Of a stretch of 64,000 nt of DNA, positions 54,687-64,000 are shown piece by piece. Where the stretch lies: the IMG/VR virus record IMGVR_UViG_3300046779_001754, positions 36,172-100,171 of that record, one strand, 5' to 3'. Source of the DNA: a virus. Position 1 is the stretch's first letter; each line of letters opens with the position of its first letter. Both the position numbers and the translations under genes were made by a program. The notes under the pieces are model-generated. The model searched no databases and was not told the DNA's origin. It was given only the letters and a program-made list of their open reading frames with translations.

Positions 54687-55529
54687 TTAAGAGGCGGGTG
54701 CGAAAAAACTTGCTTGATCTAGAGTAAATGGTTGTTGATAATCATGACTGCATGAACTGCATTTTATTTGCAGAGGTTTAAGTTCGCTGTCTTGTCGCAA
54801 TGACACGACATGATCTCTAATCTGATTAAACAGTTGACGGTCACAGTTTTTTAAAAAATCAGCAATGTGAGTTTTGTCGTCAACTAACGCAGCTGGTGTT
54901 TTGATGTAAACAACAGTCATGGCCAATGTTTTCACTGTGAGTTCGGTTACTTTGGCCAGCGCATCAGTTAACATTTTAATTTTTTCTTCTTCAGGAATAT
55001 CTGCATCCGGCAGCGCCTGTATAATTCTTTGCTCGTTAAACTGTAGAGAATTATTGTCAAACATCTGTTTGTAAGTGATTGGCATAAAGTGGATTTCTAA
55101 ATCACCATTGACCACAGTTTTATCATAGTTTGGCATGCGTAACCCGTCTAGTACTGTGCGCAAATCAACTCCGTATTCTTGTGCATTCTTACAGGCTGGG
55201 CAAGTACTTTCCATGTCCAAGGTATGACCGTAACTGGCAATGCGTATTGCAGTGAGTATAGTATCAATGTCTACAGATGGTGTTGCCCAGGCATTTTTAA
55301 TACTTGGGCAGCAACTTTCAATTACCGATACCACAGCTTGACCGTTAAACAGTGCATCAGGAGTTCGATAAGTGATTTCATCAATAGCAGTCATTGGTAA
55401 AATGGGCAATTCACCGTTTTCAGGCATCTCTATTGATCCTTGAGCCCAAAATCTTCCGGCACTGGGCAATCGAACGTAGATTGAAGGTCGACGGAAAAAT
55501 TGGCGTAGTGGGTTGTCAGATTGGTTCAT
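54687..55529 (-). CDS. Baseplate hub assembly protein / tail chaperone, T4 gp26-like
   Basis: LPSAG, MTAIDEI, AIRIASYG, two CxxC motifs (CPAC, CSSC), C-terminal SFF. Confidence 0.8.
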   Translation of the reverse strand: MNQSDNPLRQFFRRPSIYVRLPSAGRFWAQGSIEMPENGELPILPMTAIDEITYRTPDALFNGQAVVSVIESCCPSIKNAWATPSVDIDTILTAIRIASYGHTLDMESTCPACKNAQEYGVDLRTVLDGLRMPNYDKTVVNGDLEIHFMPITYKQMFDNNSLQFNEQRIIQALPDADIPEEEKIKMLTDALAKVTELTVKTLAMTVVYIKTPAALVDDKTHIADFLKNCDRQLFNQIRDHVVSLRQDSELKPLQIKCSSCSHDYQQPFTLDQASFFAPAS

Positions 55530-55537
55530 TTTTTATC

Positions 55538-55560
55538 CATAAATATAGGTAAAGTACTTA
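55538..55560. promoter_or_regulatory. Divergent late promoters
   Basis: CATAAATA (+, 55538-45) before the tape measure gene; TAAGTA (-, 55560-55) before the gp26-like gene. Confidence 0.55.
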
Positions 55561-55577
55561 TATTACTCTAAACCACC

Positions 55578-57938
55578 ATGGCAGATTATACAGAACAAGA
55601 ACGGGCCGAATTACAACGTCAAGTGATGGAAGAAATGCGTCTCTATGGACAGCTGACGCACAATACCACTGATTCGCTTAGAGACGCTCAAGTCGGTGTA
55701 AAAGGATTTAGCAAGCAGGTTAGAACATCTAGTGCTGATGTTGCCAAAGCCTACATGGATCTTACCAAGCAGTTGTATGCTGGTGCGCAAGGCATGTCAG
55801 TGTTTAACAATGCTATAGAAACCACTGCTACTGCTGTGGCTGCATTTGGATTGTTGATGGGCGGACCAATAGTCAAGGCAGTAAGTGTTGCCCTAATTGG
55901 CCTAGCCAAAGCAATTGGTCTAGCATCAAATCAACTTGACGCACAGTACGAAGCCTACACAAGATTAGCTGATGTTGGTGGTATTGCAGCCGACGGTCTT
56001 GAAGGCCTAAAACAAGACGCTGCAAGTTTAGGCTATGTTATTGCTGACAGCAACGAAGGCCTAAATCAATTCACTGCACTGATAAATGAAAATGCCAAAG
56101 GTCTAGCAGTCTTCAAAGGCACAGTATTTTCAGGACGTCAGGCGCTGGGCGCAATTGGCGATGATTTTTCAAAATATTCTTTAGATTTGAGAAAACTTGG
56201 GGTTACTATCCCTGAGCAAAACAAAGGTATACTTCAGTACATTAATTTGCAATCGCGACTTGGTGTTGCTCAAAAAATGTCTTTTGAGCAAATTGCCGAC
56301 GGTGCCAACAAATACCTCAAAGAGACTGAAGCATTGGCTGCTATTACTGGGCGTCAACGTCAGGCCTACGAAGAAGAAATGCAACGAGCACTGGGCGAGC
56401 AAAGATTTAGAGCCACAGTTGAAGAATTGAAAAACAAAGGTGATCAACGTAGTCTTGAGCTAGTTGACAAACTCAATGCAATTAACTTTGTCATGGCAGA
56501 AAAAGCTCCGGAACTGGCACAGGGATTTAGAGATCTCACCGCAGGTAATCTTGGAACAGTGGCTGCTCAGAAACTGTTCAATGCCAGCAATGGTGAAGCC
56601 TATCGACTTCAGCAAGAGCTTAACGAAGGTAAGATTGACGAAAAAGAATATCTGTCGCGACTGCAAAAAGCCATCATGGACAACAGTCAGCAGTTTATGG
56701 GCACGGCTAAGGTAGCTGATAACCTCAATGAATATCTAGGTAATTTTGCTCAGAACATAGACTTTGCTCGCATGGGCGCAGGTGATCTAGGAAAATCACT
56801 GGGTCGGGCCAGAGAGATGCAAGATACTGTAATTAAAAACACTGAAAAAGGTGTCAAAGCTCAAGCCGAACAGCGAGCTCAACAAAAAGAAACAGCATTG
56901 TCAATGCAAGAAATTATTAGTAATTTTACTGATATGGCATCAACACTGACATCAGGATTGAGCAGGTTGTTTAATTTTGTAACTGGTATTGTCAAAGATA
57001 TGTTTAAAGCCTTGAGTTCGGCAGTAGATTTTATCAAATACGAAATACTCAAACAACCAAGACCTGGTGCACCTTCAGGCGGTAAAACCGGTGCCTCTAC
57101 AACAGGAAGTGCAGCAGTAGGTTCAAAAGTTAAACTTGACGATTTATATCCCAGCGAAGTTGAGAAAAAAGATGATGGGTGGTATGGTGCCTGGGGGACA
57201 GTTAAGTTAGACAAAGCCGATGCTGATCGGGCTGAAGCAGCCGCTAGACAACAAGCACCAGCAGCCCCTGGGCCAGCAGCAGCACCTTCGTCAGGAAGAC
57301 GTTCAATGTCTGCTCAGGATCTTAGGGATCTAGGCTTGAATATTAAACCAGGCGATGTTCAAAGAAAAGACGGTGAAATTGATCCAAGATTAATAGAACT
57401 AGCCAAAGTTATACAAGCATCTATACCTGAATTCAATTACTTTTCTAGCTTTAATGACAATTACCATCGGACCAAAACTAGCCAACACAACGAAGGTATT
57501 GCTCTAGATTTTACACTAACCAAAGAACCAAGCAAACGACGTGCCGAACAGATTATGTCTACACTTAAAGCTCTTGGTGCTGGATACATTCTTGATGAGT
57601 ACCACAATCCAAGTTCGGGCTCAACTGGTGGACACTTTCACGTGGAGCTACCCAAAGCTCGTATGGGCGGTGTTTTTGATGGCCCAGATTCTGGGTATCC
57701 TGCAATACTGCACAATCGTGAAGCTGTGATTCCTCTGCCCAACGGTGAGTCAGTGCCAGTGGCACTAAACATGGAAAAAATGGTCAAGGCTATGACTGAT
57801 AGCATACGCAATCTTGGCGCCAATGCTAGTAGCTCAGATGGAGTTCAAGCACTGGTAGAACGTCTTGGCGACATGGTATCGTTGCAGCGAGAGCAGAATG
57901 ATTTACTTGGCAGGATGTTGCAACACCAGCGAGCCTAA
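55578..57938 (+). CDS. Tape-measure-like protein with C-terminal peptidase M15-like domain
   Basis: Long Ala/Gln/Leu-rich helical region; SQHNEGIALD...GHFHV; then GGVFDGPDSGYPAILHNREAVIPL. Confidence 0.7.
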   Translation: MADYTEQERAELQRQVMEEMRLYGQLTHNTTDSLRDAQVGVKGFSKQVRTSSADVAKAYMDLTKQLYAGAQGMSVFNNAIETTATAVAAFGLLMGGPIVKAVSVALIGLAKAIGLASNQLDAQYEAYTRLADVGGIAADGLEGLKQDAASLGYVIADSNEGLNQFTALINENAKGLAVFKGTVFSGRQALGAIGDDFSKYSLDLRKLGVTIPEQNKGILQYINLQSRLGVAQKMSFEQIADGANKYLKETEALAAITGRQRQAYEEEMQRALGEQRFRATVEELKNKGDQRSLELVDKLNAINFVMAEKAPELAQGFRDLTAGNLGTVAAQKLFNASNGEAYRLQQELNEGKIDEKEYLSRLQKAIMDNSQQFMGTAKVADNLNEYLGNFAQNIDFARMGAGDLGKSLGRAREMQDTVIKNTEKGVKAQAEQRAQQKETALSMQEIISNFTDMASTLTSGLSRLFNFVTGIVKDMFKALSSAVDFIKYEILKQPRPGAPSGGKTGASTTGSAAVGSKVKLDDLYPSEVEKKDDGWYGAWGTVKLDKADADRAEAAARQQAPAAPGPAAAPSSGRRSMSAQDLRDLGLNIKPGDVQRKDGEIDPRLIELAKVIQASIPEFNYFSSFNDNYHRTKTSQHNEGIALDFTLTKEPSKRRAEQIMSTLKALGAGYILDEYHNPSSGSTGGHFHVELPKARMGGVFDGPDSGYPAILHNREAVIPLPNGESVPVALNMEKMVKAMTDSIRNLGANASSSDGVQALVERLGDMVSLQREQNDLLGRMLQHQRA

Positions 57939-57954
57939 CGGTAAATAATACACT

Positions 57955-59718
57955 ATGTCGTGGAAAAAATATTTTAAAGTTGCCGATGTTTCTGGCCAAA
58001 TGAGTCCAATTAATGGTTCGCTGTCAAGCCAAAATGTCAATTTCAATGCGCAGACTCAATTCAGTTTTCGCAACTATGCCAGCAGATTACCTGAGGTTTA
58101 TACTGGTCACCCTAATCGTATTGAGCGTTATAATCAGTACGAAAACATGGATTGTGACAGTGAAATCAATGCATGTTTAGACATCATTGCTGAGTTTTCA
58201 ACACAACTAAACGAGCATAACGACACACCGTTTGATATAAATTTTCGCGACAAACCCACAGATAACGAAGTAAAAATCATCAAAAAACAGCTACAGCAGT
58301 GGGTCAAACTCAACAAGCTAGATCAAAGAATATTCAAATTATTCCGCAATACTATCAAGTATGGCGATCAAATTTTTGTCAGAGATCCAGAAACCTTTGA
58401 ACTATTCTGGGTTGACATGAGCAAAGTCAGTAGAGTGATTGTTAACGAAAGTGAAGGCAAGCGTCCCGAACAGTACATTATTCGTGATATAAATCCCAAC
58501 TTTCAAAGCATGACTGTAGCACAGAAAACAGCACAGGACTACATGGTTAATCCGCCCACAGGTGGGTCACACACTAACTTAGCTTACACACAGCCCAACC
58601 AAGGTGGCGCAGCTGGCGGCAGTAGATTTAGTCGTGCCATGAATGAAAGCTGTCTTGATGCCAAGCACATTGTACACATTAGCCTAAACGAAGGACTTGA
58701 TCCGTTTTGGCCATTTGGACAAAGTGTGCTAGAGCAGATTTTCAAAGTGTTCAAGCAGAAAGAACTGCTGGAAGATTCAATCTTGATCTATCGTGTGCAA
58801 CGTGCACCAGAACGTAGAATCTTCAAAATTGACGTAGGTAATATGCCGTCGCACATGGCCATGGCCTTTGTTGAACGTGTGAAAAATGAAATGCATCAAC
58901 GCCGTATTCCCACTGTGGCAGGTGGCGGACAAAGTATCATGGATTCCAGTTACAATCCACTCAGCGTTGGCGAAGATTACTTTTTTCCGCAAACTGCCGA
59001 CGGTCGAGGATCAACAGTTGACACACTGCCAGGCGGACAAAATCTAGGCGAAATTGACGATTTAAAATACTTCAATAACAAAATGGCACGAGGACTGCGT
59101 GTACCAAGCTCCTATCTTCCCACTGGGCCCGATGACTCAGATCGAGCTCTAAACGATGGTAAAGTAGGCACAGCACTGATACAAGAGTATCGCTTTAACC
59201 AGTATTGCGAACGTTTGCAAGCTCTGATTGCACAGAAATTAGACGACGAGTTTAAAATGTTCTTACAGTGGCGCGGGTTTAACATTGATTCAAGCCTGTT
59301 TGATGTGCAATTTAATCCACCGCAAAACTTTGCCAGCTACCGTCAAAGTGAATTAGACACAGTGCGTATCAATGCTTTTAGCAGTCTTGAGCAGGTACCA
59401 TATCTGTCAAAACGCTTTTTGATGCAGCGATTCTTGGGCCTAACCGAAGAAGAAATTCAAGAAAACGAGCAGCTCTGGAAAGAAGAGCGCAGCAAGCCTG
59501 AGCTTGAAACTGCACAAGGACAAAATCTACGTAGTGTAGGCATCACTCCGGGTGGTATAGAATCTGACATTGGCATGGGTCAAGAAATGGCCGGTGTTGA
59601 TCAAGCCGGTGGTATTCCAGGAGAACCTGGTGGAGTTCCTCCCACAGCTGGAGGAGCAATGGGCGCAGCAGGAGCCGGTGGAGCGCCAGCTACGCCAGGT
59701 GGAACAGCAGGAATCTAA
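57955..59718 (+). CDS. gp20: Portal protein gp20
   Basis: LLEDSILIYRVQRAPERRIFKIDVGNMP, EDYFFP, TLPGGQNLGEIDD. TAAATA upstream at 57942-47. Confidence 0.95.
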   Translation: MSWKKYFKVADVSGQMSPINGSLSSQNVNFNAQTQFSFRNYASRLPEVYTGHPNRIERYNQYENMDCDSEINACLDIIAEFSTQLNEHNDTPFDINFRDKPTDNEVKIIKKQLQQWVKLNKLDQRIFKLFRNTIKYGDQIFVRDPETFELFWVDMSKVSRVIVNESEGKRPEQYIIRDINPNFQSMTVAQKTAQDYMVNPPTGGSHTNLAYTQPNQGGAAGGSRFSRAMNESCLDAKHIVHISLNEGLDPFWPFGQSVLEQIFKVFKQKELLEDSILIYRVQRAPERRIFKIDVGNMPSHMAMAFVERVKNEMHQRRIPTVAGGGQSIMDSSYNPLSVGEDYFFPQTADGRGSTVDTLPGGQNLGEIDDLKYFNNKMARGLRVPSSYLPTGPDDSDRALNDGKVGTALIQEYRFNQYCERLQALIAQKLDDEFKMFLQWRGFNIDSSLFDVQFNPPQNFASYRQSELDTVRINAFSSLEQVPYLSKRFLMQRFLGLTEEEIQENEQLWKEERSKPELETAQGQNLRSVGITPGGIESDIGMGQEMAGVDQAGGIPGEPGGVPPTAGGAMGAAGAGGAPATPGGTAGI

Positions 59719-59726
59719 TATAAATA
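59719..59726 (+). promoter_or_regulatory. T4 consensus late promoter TATAAATA
   Basis: Exact match right after the portal stop codon, 5 nt before ATG 59732. Confidence 0.7.
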
Positions 59727-59731
59727 TCAAC

Positions 59732-59950
59732 ATGATCCTGCGAGAATTTTTTCAAAACGAACCCACTGCATATCATGATTTAAACAATGATAACAGTCGA
59801 CCAATGTTGGGTAAATTACGCAAGACCCGTCTCACTCTAAAGCAACTGAATAAAATTCGTCGCATGAACGATTTAAGAAAATACGAATACGAACAGAAAC
59901 TCAAAGATATTCGCGTTCAGTATGCTCCTCCAGCACAACCCACAATCTAA
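59732..59950 (+). CDS. Small basic head-module protein (72 aa)
   Basis: MILREFF...RKTRLTLKQLNKIRRM; start reassigned downstream of the late promoter. Confidence 0.7.
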   Translation: MILREFFQNEPTAYHDLNNDNSRPMLGKLRKTRLTLKQLNKIRRMNDLRKYEYEQKLKDIRVQYAPPAQPTI

Positions 59951-60089
59951 TCAAAATTTTTTGTAAAATTACAAAATTTTTACAAAAAAACCGCCATAAT
60001 TGGTAATATTTTCAATTAAGTTGTAAATATATCTATACATTTGCCCTTTATGGGGACAAATGCAAACTTACCCCATTAGGAGCCTATAC

Positions 60090-60959
60090 ATGAAAGATTT
60101 TGAAAAACTTATTGAATACGTGATCAACGACGAGGAAGACAAAGCTCGTGAGTTGTTTCATGATATTGTTGTAGCTAAGTCGCGTCAGATCTATGAAGAA
60201 ATGATGGATGACGAAGAAGTTGCAGAAGCCAAAGAAGAAGATGATGACGAAGAAGAAGTAACTGAGTCAGAAGAAGATGACGAAGAAGAAATGTCAGAAT
60301 CTGAAGAAATGGATGAATCCTTTGGTGGCGATTCAGCTGATGACCTTATTGACGATGTTGAAGCCGAAGAAGAAGGCATGAGCATGGAAGCCGAAGGTGA
60401 CTTTGGTGACGAAGAAGACATGGGCGGAGCCGACGGTGATGTTGAAGGCAAGCTAATGGACATCGAAGACAAGCTTGACGAACTTATGTCAGAATTTGAA
60501 GCTCTAATGGGCGATAGTGGTGACATGGGCGATGACATGGGCGGCGAAGAAGACTTTGATCTAGAAGTTGGAGACGATGCTGGTGACGAACTTGATATCA
60601 GCGGCGAAGAAGACTTTGGTGACGAAGAGGACATGGGCGACGATGAAGAAGGCATGATGGAAGCTATCAGCCTAAAAGCAGCCCCAAAGCCAGTGACTTC
60701 AGAAGAAGGCAACACAAACAAAAAGAGCCCAACAGCTTTTAACAGCGGTGCAACAGGCATGGCAGGTAAGCCAGTCCACACCGGTGCTAGCCAAGGCGGG
60801 AAGCATGACACACCAGCTTATCGTAACACAACCAAAGATCTAATCAGCGACGTGCAAAATGCACCAGCTAGATCAAGTGTTAAATTAAGCCCAGCTACTA
60901 AGCCACACTTAGCACAAGCTACTGGTGTTAATAACAAAAGCCCACTAGCAAAGGCTTAA
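60090..60959 (+). CDS. Highly acidic prohead core/scaffold-like protein
   Basis: AGGAG before ATG 60090; very Asp/Glu-rich; lies between portal and protease like T4 gp67/gp68. Confidence 0.7.
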   Translation: MKDFEKLIEYVINDEEDKARELFHDIVVAKSRQIYEEMMDDEEVAEAKEEDDDEEEVTESEEDDEEEMSESEEMDESFGGDSADDLIDDVEAEEEGMSMEAEGDFGDEEDMGGADGDVEGKLMDIEDKLDELMSEFEALMGDSGDMGDDMGGEEDFDLEVGDDAGDELDISGEEDFGDEEDMGDDEEGMMEAISLKAAPKPVTSEEGNTNKKSPTAFNSGATGMAGKPVHTGASQGGKHDTPAYRNTTKDLISDVQNAPARSSVKLSPATKPHLAQATGVNNKSPLAKA

Positions 60960-60965
60960 TAGACC

Positions 60966-61604
60966 GTGAGCAAGTACCTAAGAGAACAACTGAGTTTTAA
61001 CCAGGCCCAAATCAAGCTCGTCAATGAAGATGCGCCAGATGGGTCTGGCAAGACTCTCTATATGGAAGGTATTTGTATTCAAGGCGATAAGCGTAACGCC
61101 AATGAGCGTGTTTATCCAGTGCGTGAGATTGCTCGTGCCGTTAATACTATTAACGAACAAATCAAGAGTGGTCTAAGCGTACTGGGTGAAGTTGACCATC
61201 CCGACGATCTCAAGATAAACCTAGATCGTGTATGCCACGATGTATCAAAAATGTGGATGGATGGGTCAGACGGTTATGGCAAATTGAGAATTTTACCTAC
61301 ACCAATGGGTCATCTGGTTAAAACCATGTTAGATTCAGGTGTAAAACTAGGCGTTAGCAGCCGCGGAAGCGGTAATGTTGACGATAGAACCGGACATGTC
61401 AGTGACTTCGAAATCGTCACTGTTGATGTAGTTGCTCAACCCAGCGCACCAAATGCATATCCAACAGCAGTCTACGAAGGACTGATGAATATGAAATATG
61501 GTCACAGAGTATTAGAAATTGCTCGTGAAGCTGGTAATGACAACAAAGTACAGAGATACTTGGGTGAGGAAATCAAACGCCTTATTCGAGATCTCAAGAT
61601 CTAA
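60966..61604 (+). CDS. gp21: Prohead protease gp21
   Basis: NANERVYP, GEVDHP, GVSSRGSG, DVVAQPSAPNAY. Confidence 0.95.
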   Translation: MSKYLREQLSFNQAQIKLVNEDAPDGSGKTLYMEGICIQGDKRNANERVYPVREIARAVNTINEQIKSGLSVLGEVDHPDDLKINLDRVCHDVSKMWMDGSDGYGKLRILPTPMGHLVKTMLDSGVKLGVSSRGSGNVDDRTGHVSDFEIVTVDVVAQPSAPNAYPTAVYEGLMNMKYGHRVLEIAREAGNDNKVQRYLGEEIKRLIRDLKI

Positions 61605-61615
61605 GGAGAATCTAG

Positions 61616-62707
61616 ATGGGATTAGAAGCACTGAAACCATTATTAGATAGCGGCCTTATTAATGAAGACGTTAGTCGTGAACTCTCAGAAGCATGGGAAT
61701 CAAAACTAACCGAAGCTAAAGAACAGGTACGTGCAGAACTTCGTGAAGAGTTTGCACAACGCTATGAGCACGACAAACAAGTAATGGTAGAAGCCCTAGA
61801 TCGCATGGTAACCGAAGGTCTCACAGCAGAGGTCGAAGGCATTGCCGCTGAAAAGCAAGCACTGGCCGAAGACCGCGTCAAGTTCCAACACAAGATGAAA
61901 GAGTCAGCTACAAAGTTTAACAACTTTTTGGTGACCAAGCTTGCAGAAGAAATTGGCGAACTGCGCAAAGATCGCAAGACACACAACGAAAGCCTAGAAA
62001 AACTAGAAAATTTTGTTGTACGTGCGCTTGCACAGGAAATTACTGAGTTTGCTCAGGACAAGAAGAAAGTTGTGGAAACACAAGTTCGTCTAGTTCAGAA
62101 CGCTCGTATTAAACTAGAGTCACTAAAACGTCGCTTTGTCAAAGAATCGGCTGAAAAAATGACTCGTGCTGTTACCAAGCACCTCAAGGCTGAACTACAC
62201 CAATTACGCGAAGATATCCAAGTTGCTCGTGAGAACAACTTTGGTCGTCGCATATTTGAAGCTTATGCAGCAGAATTTGGTGCAACACATCTCAACGAAA
62301 AAGCAGAAGTGCGCAAGCTCAATGCAAGTATTGTCGAGAAAAATGCACAGTTGCAAAAAGCTGTTGAAGTTGCTGAACAGGCCCGTGTGGTCGTGGAAAG
62401 CAAGAATCGTGAGATTCGCATGATCAAAGAAAGCAATGAGCGCCAGAACACTATGGACGAATTGCTTGCTCCTCTAAATGCTGAGAAGCGTGAAGTCATG
62501 AAGAGTCTACTCGAAAGCGTACAGACACCTCGTCTAAAGAACGCATTCGAAAAGTATCTACCAGCGGTACTCGAGAACCGTTCTGTGAAAGCCCCTAAAG
62601 TAATCACAGAAAACGTAACCGAAGTAACTGGTGATAAGAAAGCTCCGGTACAAAACGGTGAAGATCGCAGCAATGTGATTGACATCAAGAGACTGGCTGG
62701 GCTATAA
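61616..62707 (+). CDS. gp22: Prohead core scaffold gp22-like
   Basis: Glu/Lys-rich coiled coil with GRRIFEAY, between gp21 and gp23; ends RLAGL. Confidence 0.8.
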   Translation: MGLEALKPLLDSGLINEDVSRELSEAWESKLTEAKEQVRAELREEFAQRYEHDKQVMVEALDRMVTEGLTAEVEGIAAEKQALAEDRVKFQHKMKESATKFNNFLVTKLAEEIGELRKDRKTHNESLEKLENFVVRALAQEITEFAQDKKKVVETQVRLVQNARIKLESLKRRFVKESAEKMTRAVTKHLKAELHQLREDIQVARENNFGRRIFEAYAAEFGATHLNEKAEVRKLNASIVEKNAQLQKAVEVAEQARVVVESKNREIRMIKESNERQNTMDELLAPLNAEKREVMKSLLESVQTPRLKNAFEKYLPAVLENRSVKAPKVITENVTEVTGDKKAPVQNGEDRSNVIDIKRLAGL

Positions 62708-62726
62708 GAAATATAAGGAGACATAA

Positions 62727-63938
62727 ATGTCACAGGAATTACTTGAAAGCCGCTGGGACGAGACCAAAGACGCCCTCATGGAAGGCCTTAAAGGTAGTCG
62801 TCGTAGCACAATGGGTGTTATCCTAGAAAACACTCGTAAGTACCTAAAAGAAAATGCAACTTCAGGTAGCACTGCTGCCGGTAATGTTGCAACACTGAAC
62901 CGCGTCATTCTACCAGTTATTCGTCGTGTGATGCCAACAGTTATCGCTAACGAACTAGTTGGTGTTCAACCAATGACTGGTCCAGTTGGTCAGATTCACA
63001 CTCTACGTGTTCGCTATGCAAGCTCAATGACTGACACTTCTGCTGCTGCAACTTCAACAGTTGCTGGCGATGAAGCACTGTCACCATTCAAGATTGCAAC
63101 TGCCTACTCTTCAGCAAGCACAGTTTCAGCTGGTGTACCTGGTGCAAGCCAGACACGTTACACCGGTGCTGATACTTCGGTTCTTGAAGGTTCAGGCGGT
63201 CGTAACATCAGCGTACAGATCCTCAAGCAAGCTGTTGAGGCTAAAACACGTAAGTTACAAGCTCGCTGGACATTTGAAGCAGCTCAAGATGCACAAGCAA
63301 TGCACGGCATTGACGTAGAAGCAGAAATCATGGCAGCTCTTGCACAAGAGATCACTGCTGAGATTGACCAAGAGATTCTTTTATCTCTACGTACATTAGC
63401 AGCAGTTGAATTCACTTACAACCAAGCTACTGTATCAGGTACTGCTACATTCGTTGGTGACGAACACGCTGCTCTAGCTGTTCTAATCAACCGCGTTGCA
63501 AACTTAATTGCTCAGCGTACACGTCGTGGCGCTGGTAACTGGGCAGTTGTTAGCTCAGCAGCTTTGACTGTTCTACAGTCAGCAACAACTTCGGCATTTG
63601 CACGTACCACTGAAGGTACATTTGAAGCACCTACAAACACCAAGTTTGTTGGTACATTAAATGGTGCAATGCGTGTGTTTGTTGATAGCTATGCTAGCGA
63701 CACAACTAACGTTCTAGTTGGATACAAGGGTTCGAGCGAAGCTGATGCAGCAGCGTTCTATTGCCCATATATTCCTCTAATGAGCTCTGGTGTTGTTCTT
63801 GACCCAACAACATTTGAACCAGTAGTAAGCTTTATGACTCGTTATGGTTATATTGAGCTTACAAACACCGCTAGCAGCTTCGGTAACGCAGCTGACTACC
63901 TAGGTGAAATCGCTGTTTCTAACCTAAGCTTCAGCTAA
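62727..63938 (+). CDS. gp23: Major capsid protein gp23
   Basis: VGVQPMTGPVGQI, AKTRKLQARWT, EITAEIDQE, AFYCPYIPL, FMTRYG. Confidence 0.97.
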   Translation: MSQELLESRWDETKDALMEGLKGSRRSTMGVILENTRKYLKENATSGSTAAGNVATLNRVILPVIRRVMPTVIANELVGVQPMTGPVGQIHTLRVRYASSMTDTSAAATSTVAGDEALSPFKIATAYSSASTVSAGVPGASQTRYTGADTSVLEGSGGRNISVQILKQAVEAKTRKLQARWTFEAAQDAQAMHGIDVEAEIMAALAQEITAEIDQEILLSLRTLAAVEFTYNQATVSGTATFVGDEHAALAVLINRVANLIAQRTRRGAGNWAVVSSAALTVLQSATTSAFARTTEGTFEAPTNTKFVGTLNGAMRVFVDSYASDTTNVLVGYKGSSEADAAAFYCPYIPLMSSGVVLDPTTFEPVVSFMTRYGYIELTNTASSFGNAADYLGEIAVSNLSFS

Positions 63939-63963
63939 TCAATCCTTGGATTGTTTACAAAAC

Positions 63964-63990
63964 AAAGCCCACTTCGGTGGGCTTTTTATT
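63964..63990 (+). terminator. Intrinsic terminator after the capsid gene
   Basis: AAAGCCCAC-TTCG-GTGGGCTTT with a C(UUCG)G loop and a T tract. Confidence 0.92.
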
Positions 63991-64000
63991 TGATTGCAAT

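Noticed and set aside
59570-59731. N-terminal extension of the 126-aa ORF
   Set aside because: It overlaps the portal C-terminus and lies upstream of the TATAAATA promoter; ATG 59732 is more plausible.
60191-60811. 206-aa Ser-rich antisense ORF
   Set aside because: It is the mirror of the GAA/GAC/GAT-rich codons of the acidic prohead protein.
817-63318. Many short 60-160 aa ORFs nested in or antisense to long genes
   Set aside because: Shadow ORFs without motifs, fully overlapping well-supported genes.
1-64000. Stop-codon reassignment, as in some large phages
   Set aside because: Core genes are full length and tightly packed under the standard code.

Overview
A 64-kb segment of a large T4-like (myovirus) dsDNA phage, densely coded in the standard genetic code. 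(1) 1-14.1 kb, minus strand: an overlapping accessory operon with five radical SAM proteins (N-terminal Cys-rich twitch/SPASM-like region), about six glycosyltransferase-like proteins and an SGNH hydrolase. (2) 14.2-43.9 kb, minus strand: a tail/baseplate module with a fibre-like protein, a 4745-aa protein and gp6-, gp25-, gp5-, gp53- and gp48/54-like genes. (3) 44.0-50.8 kb, plus strand: late sigma gp55, gp47, gp46, interleaved hypotheticals, a sixth radical SAM and a minimal GIY-YIG nuclease. The nuclease is followed by about 410 nt of apparently non-coding, highly base-paired sequence with a long-range closing helix and a pseudoknot. This nuclease plus RNA pair is the best candidate for an undescribed system. 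(4) 51.2-55.5 kb, minus strand: a gp26-like chaperone with a probable -1 frameshift, then an amidinotransferase/aminoacyl-transferase-like cassette. (5) 55.6-64 kb, plus strand: tape measure, portal, prohead core, protease, scaffold and major capsid. All family calls come from recognising motifs by eye; no database search or folding program was run.
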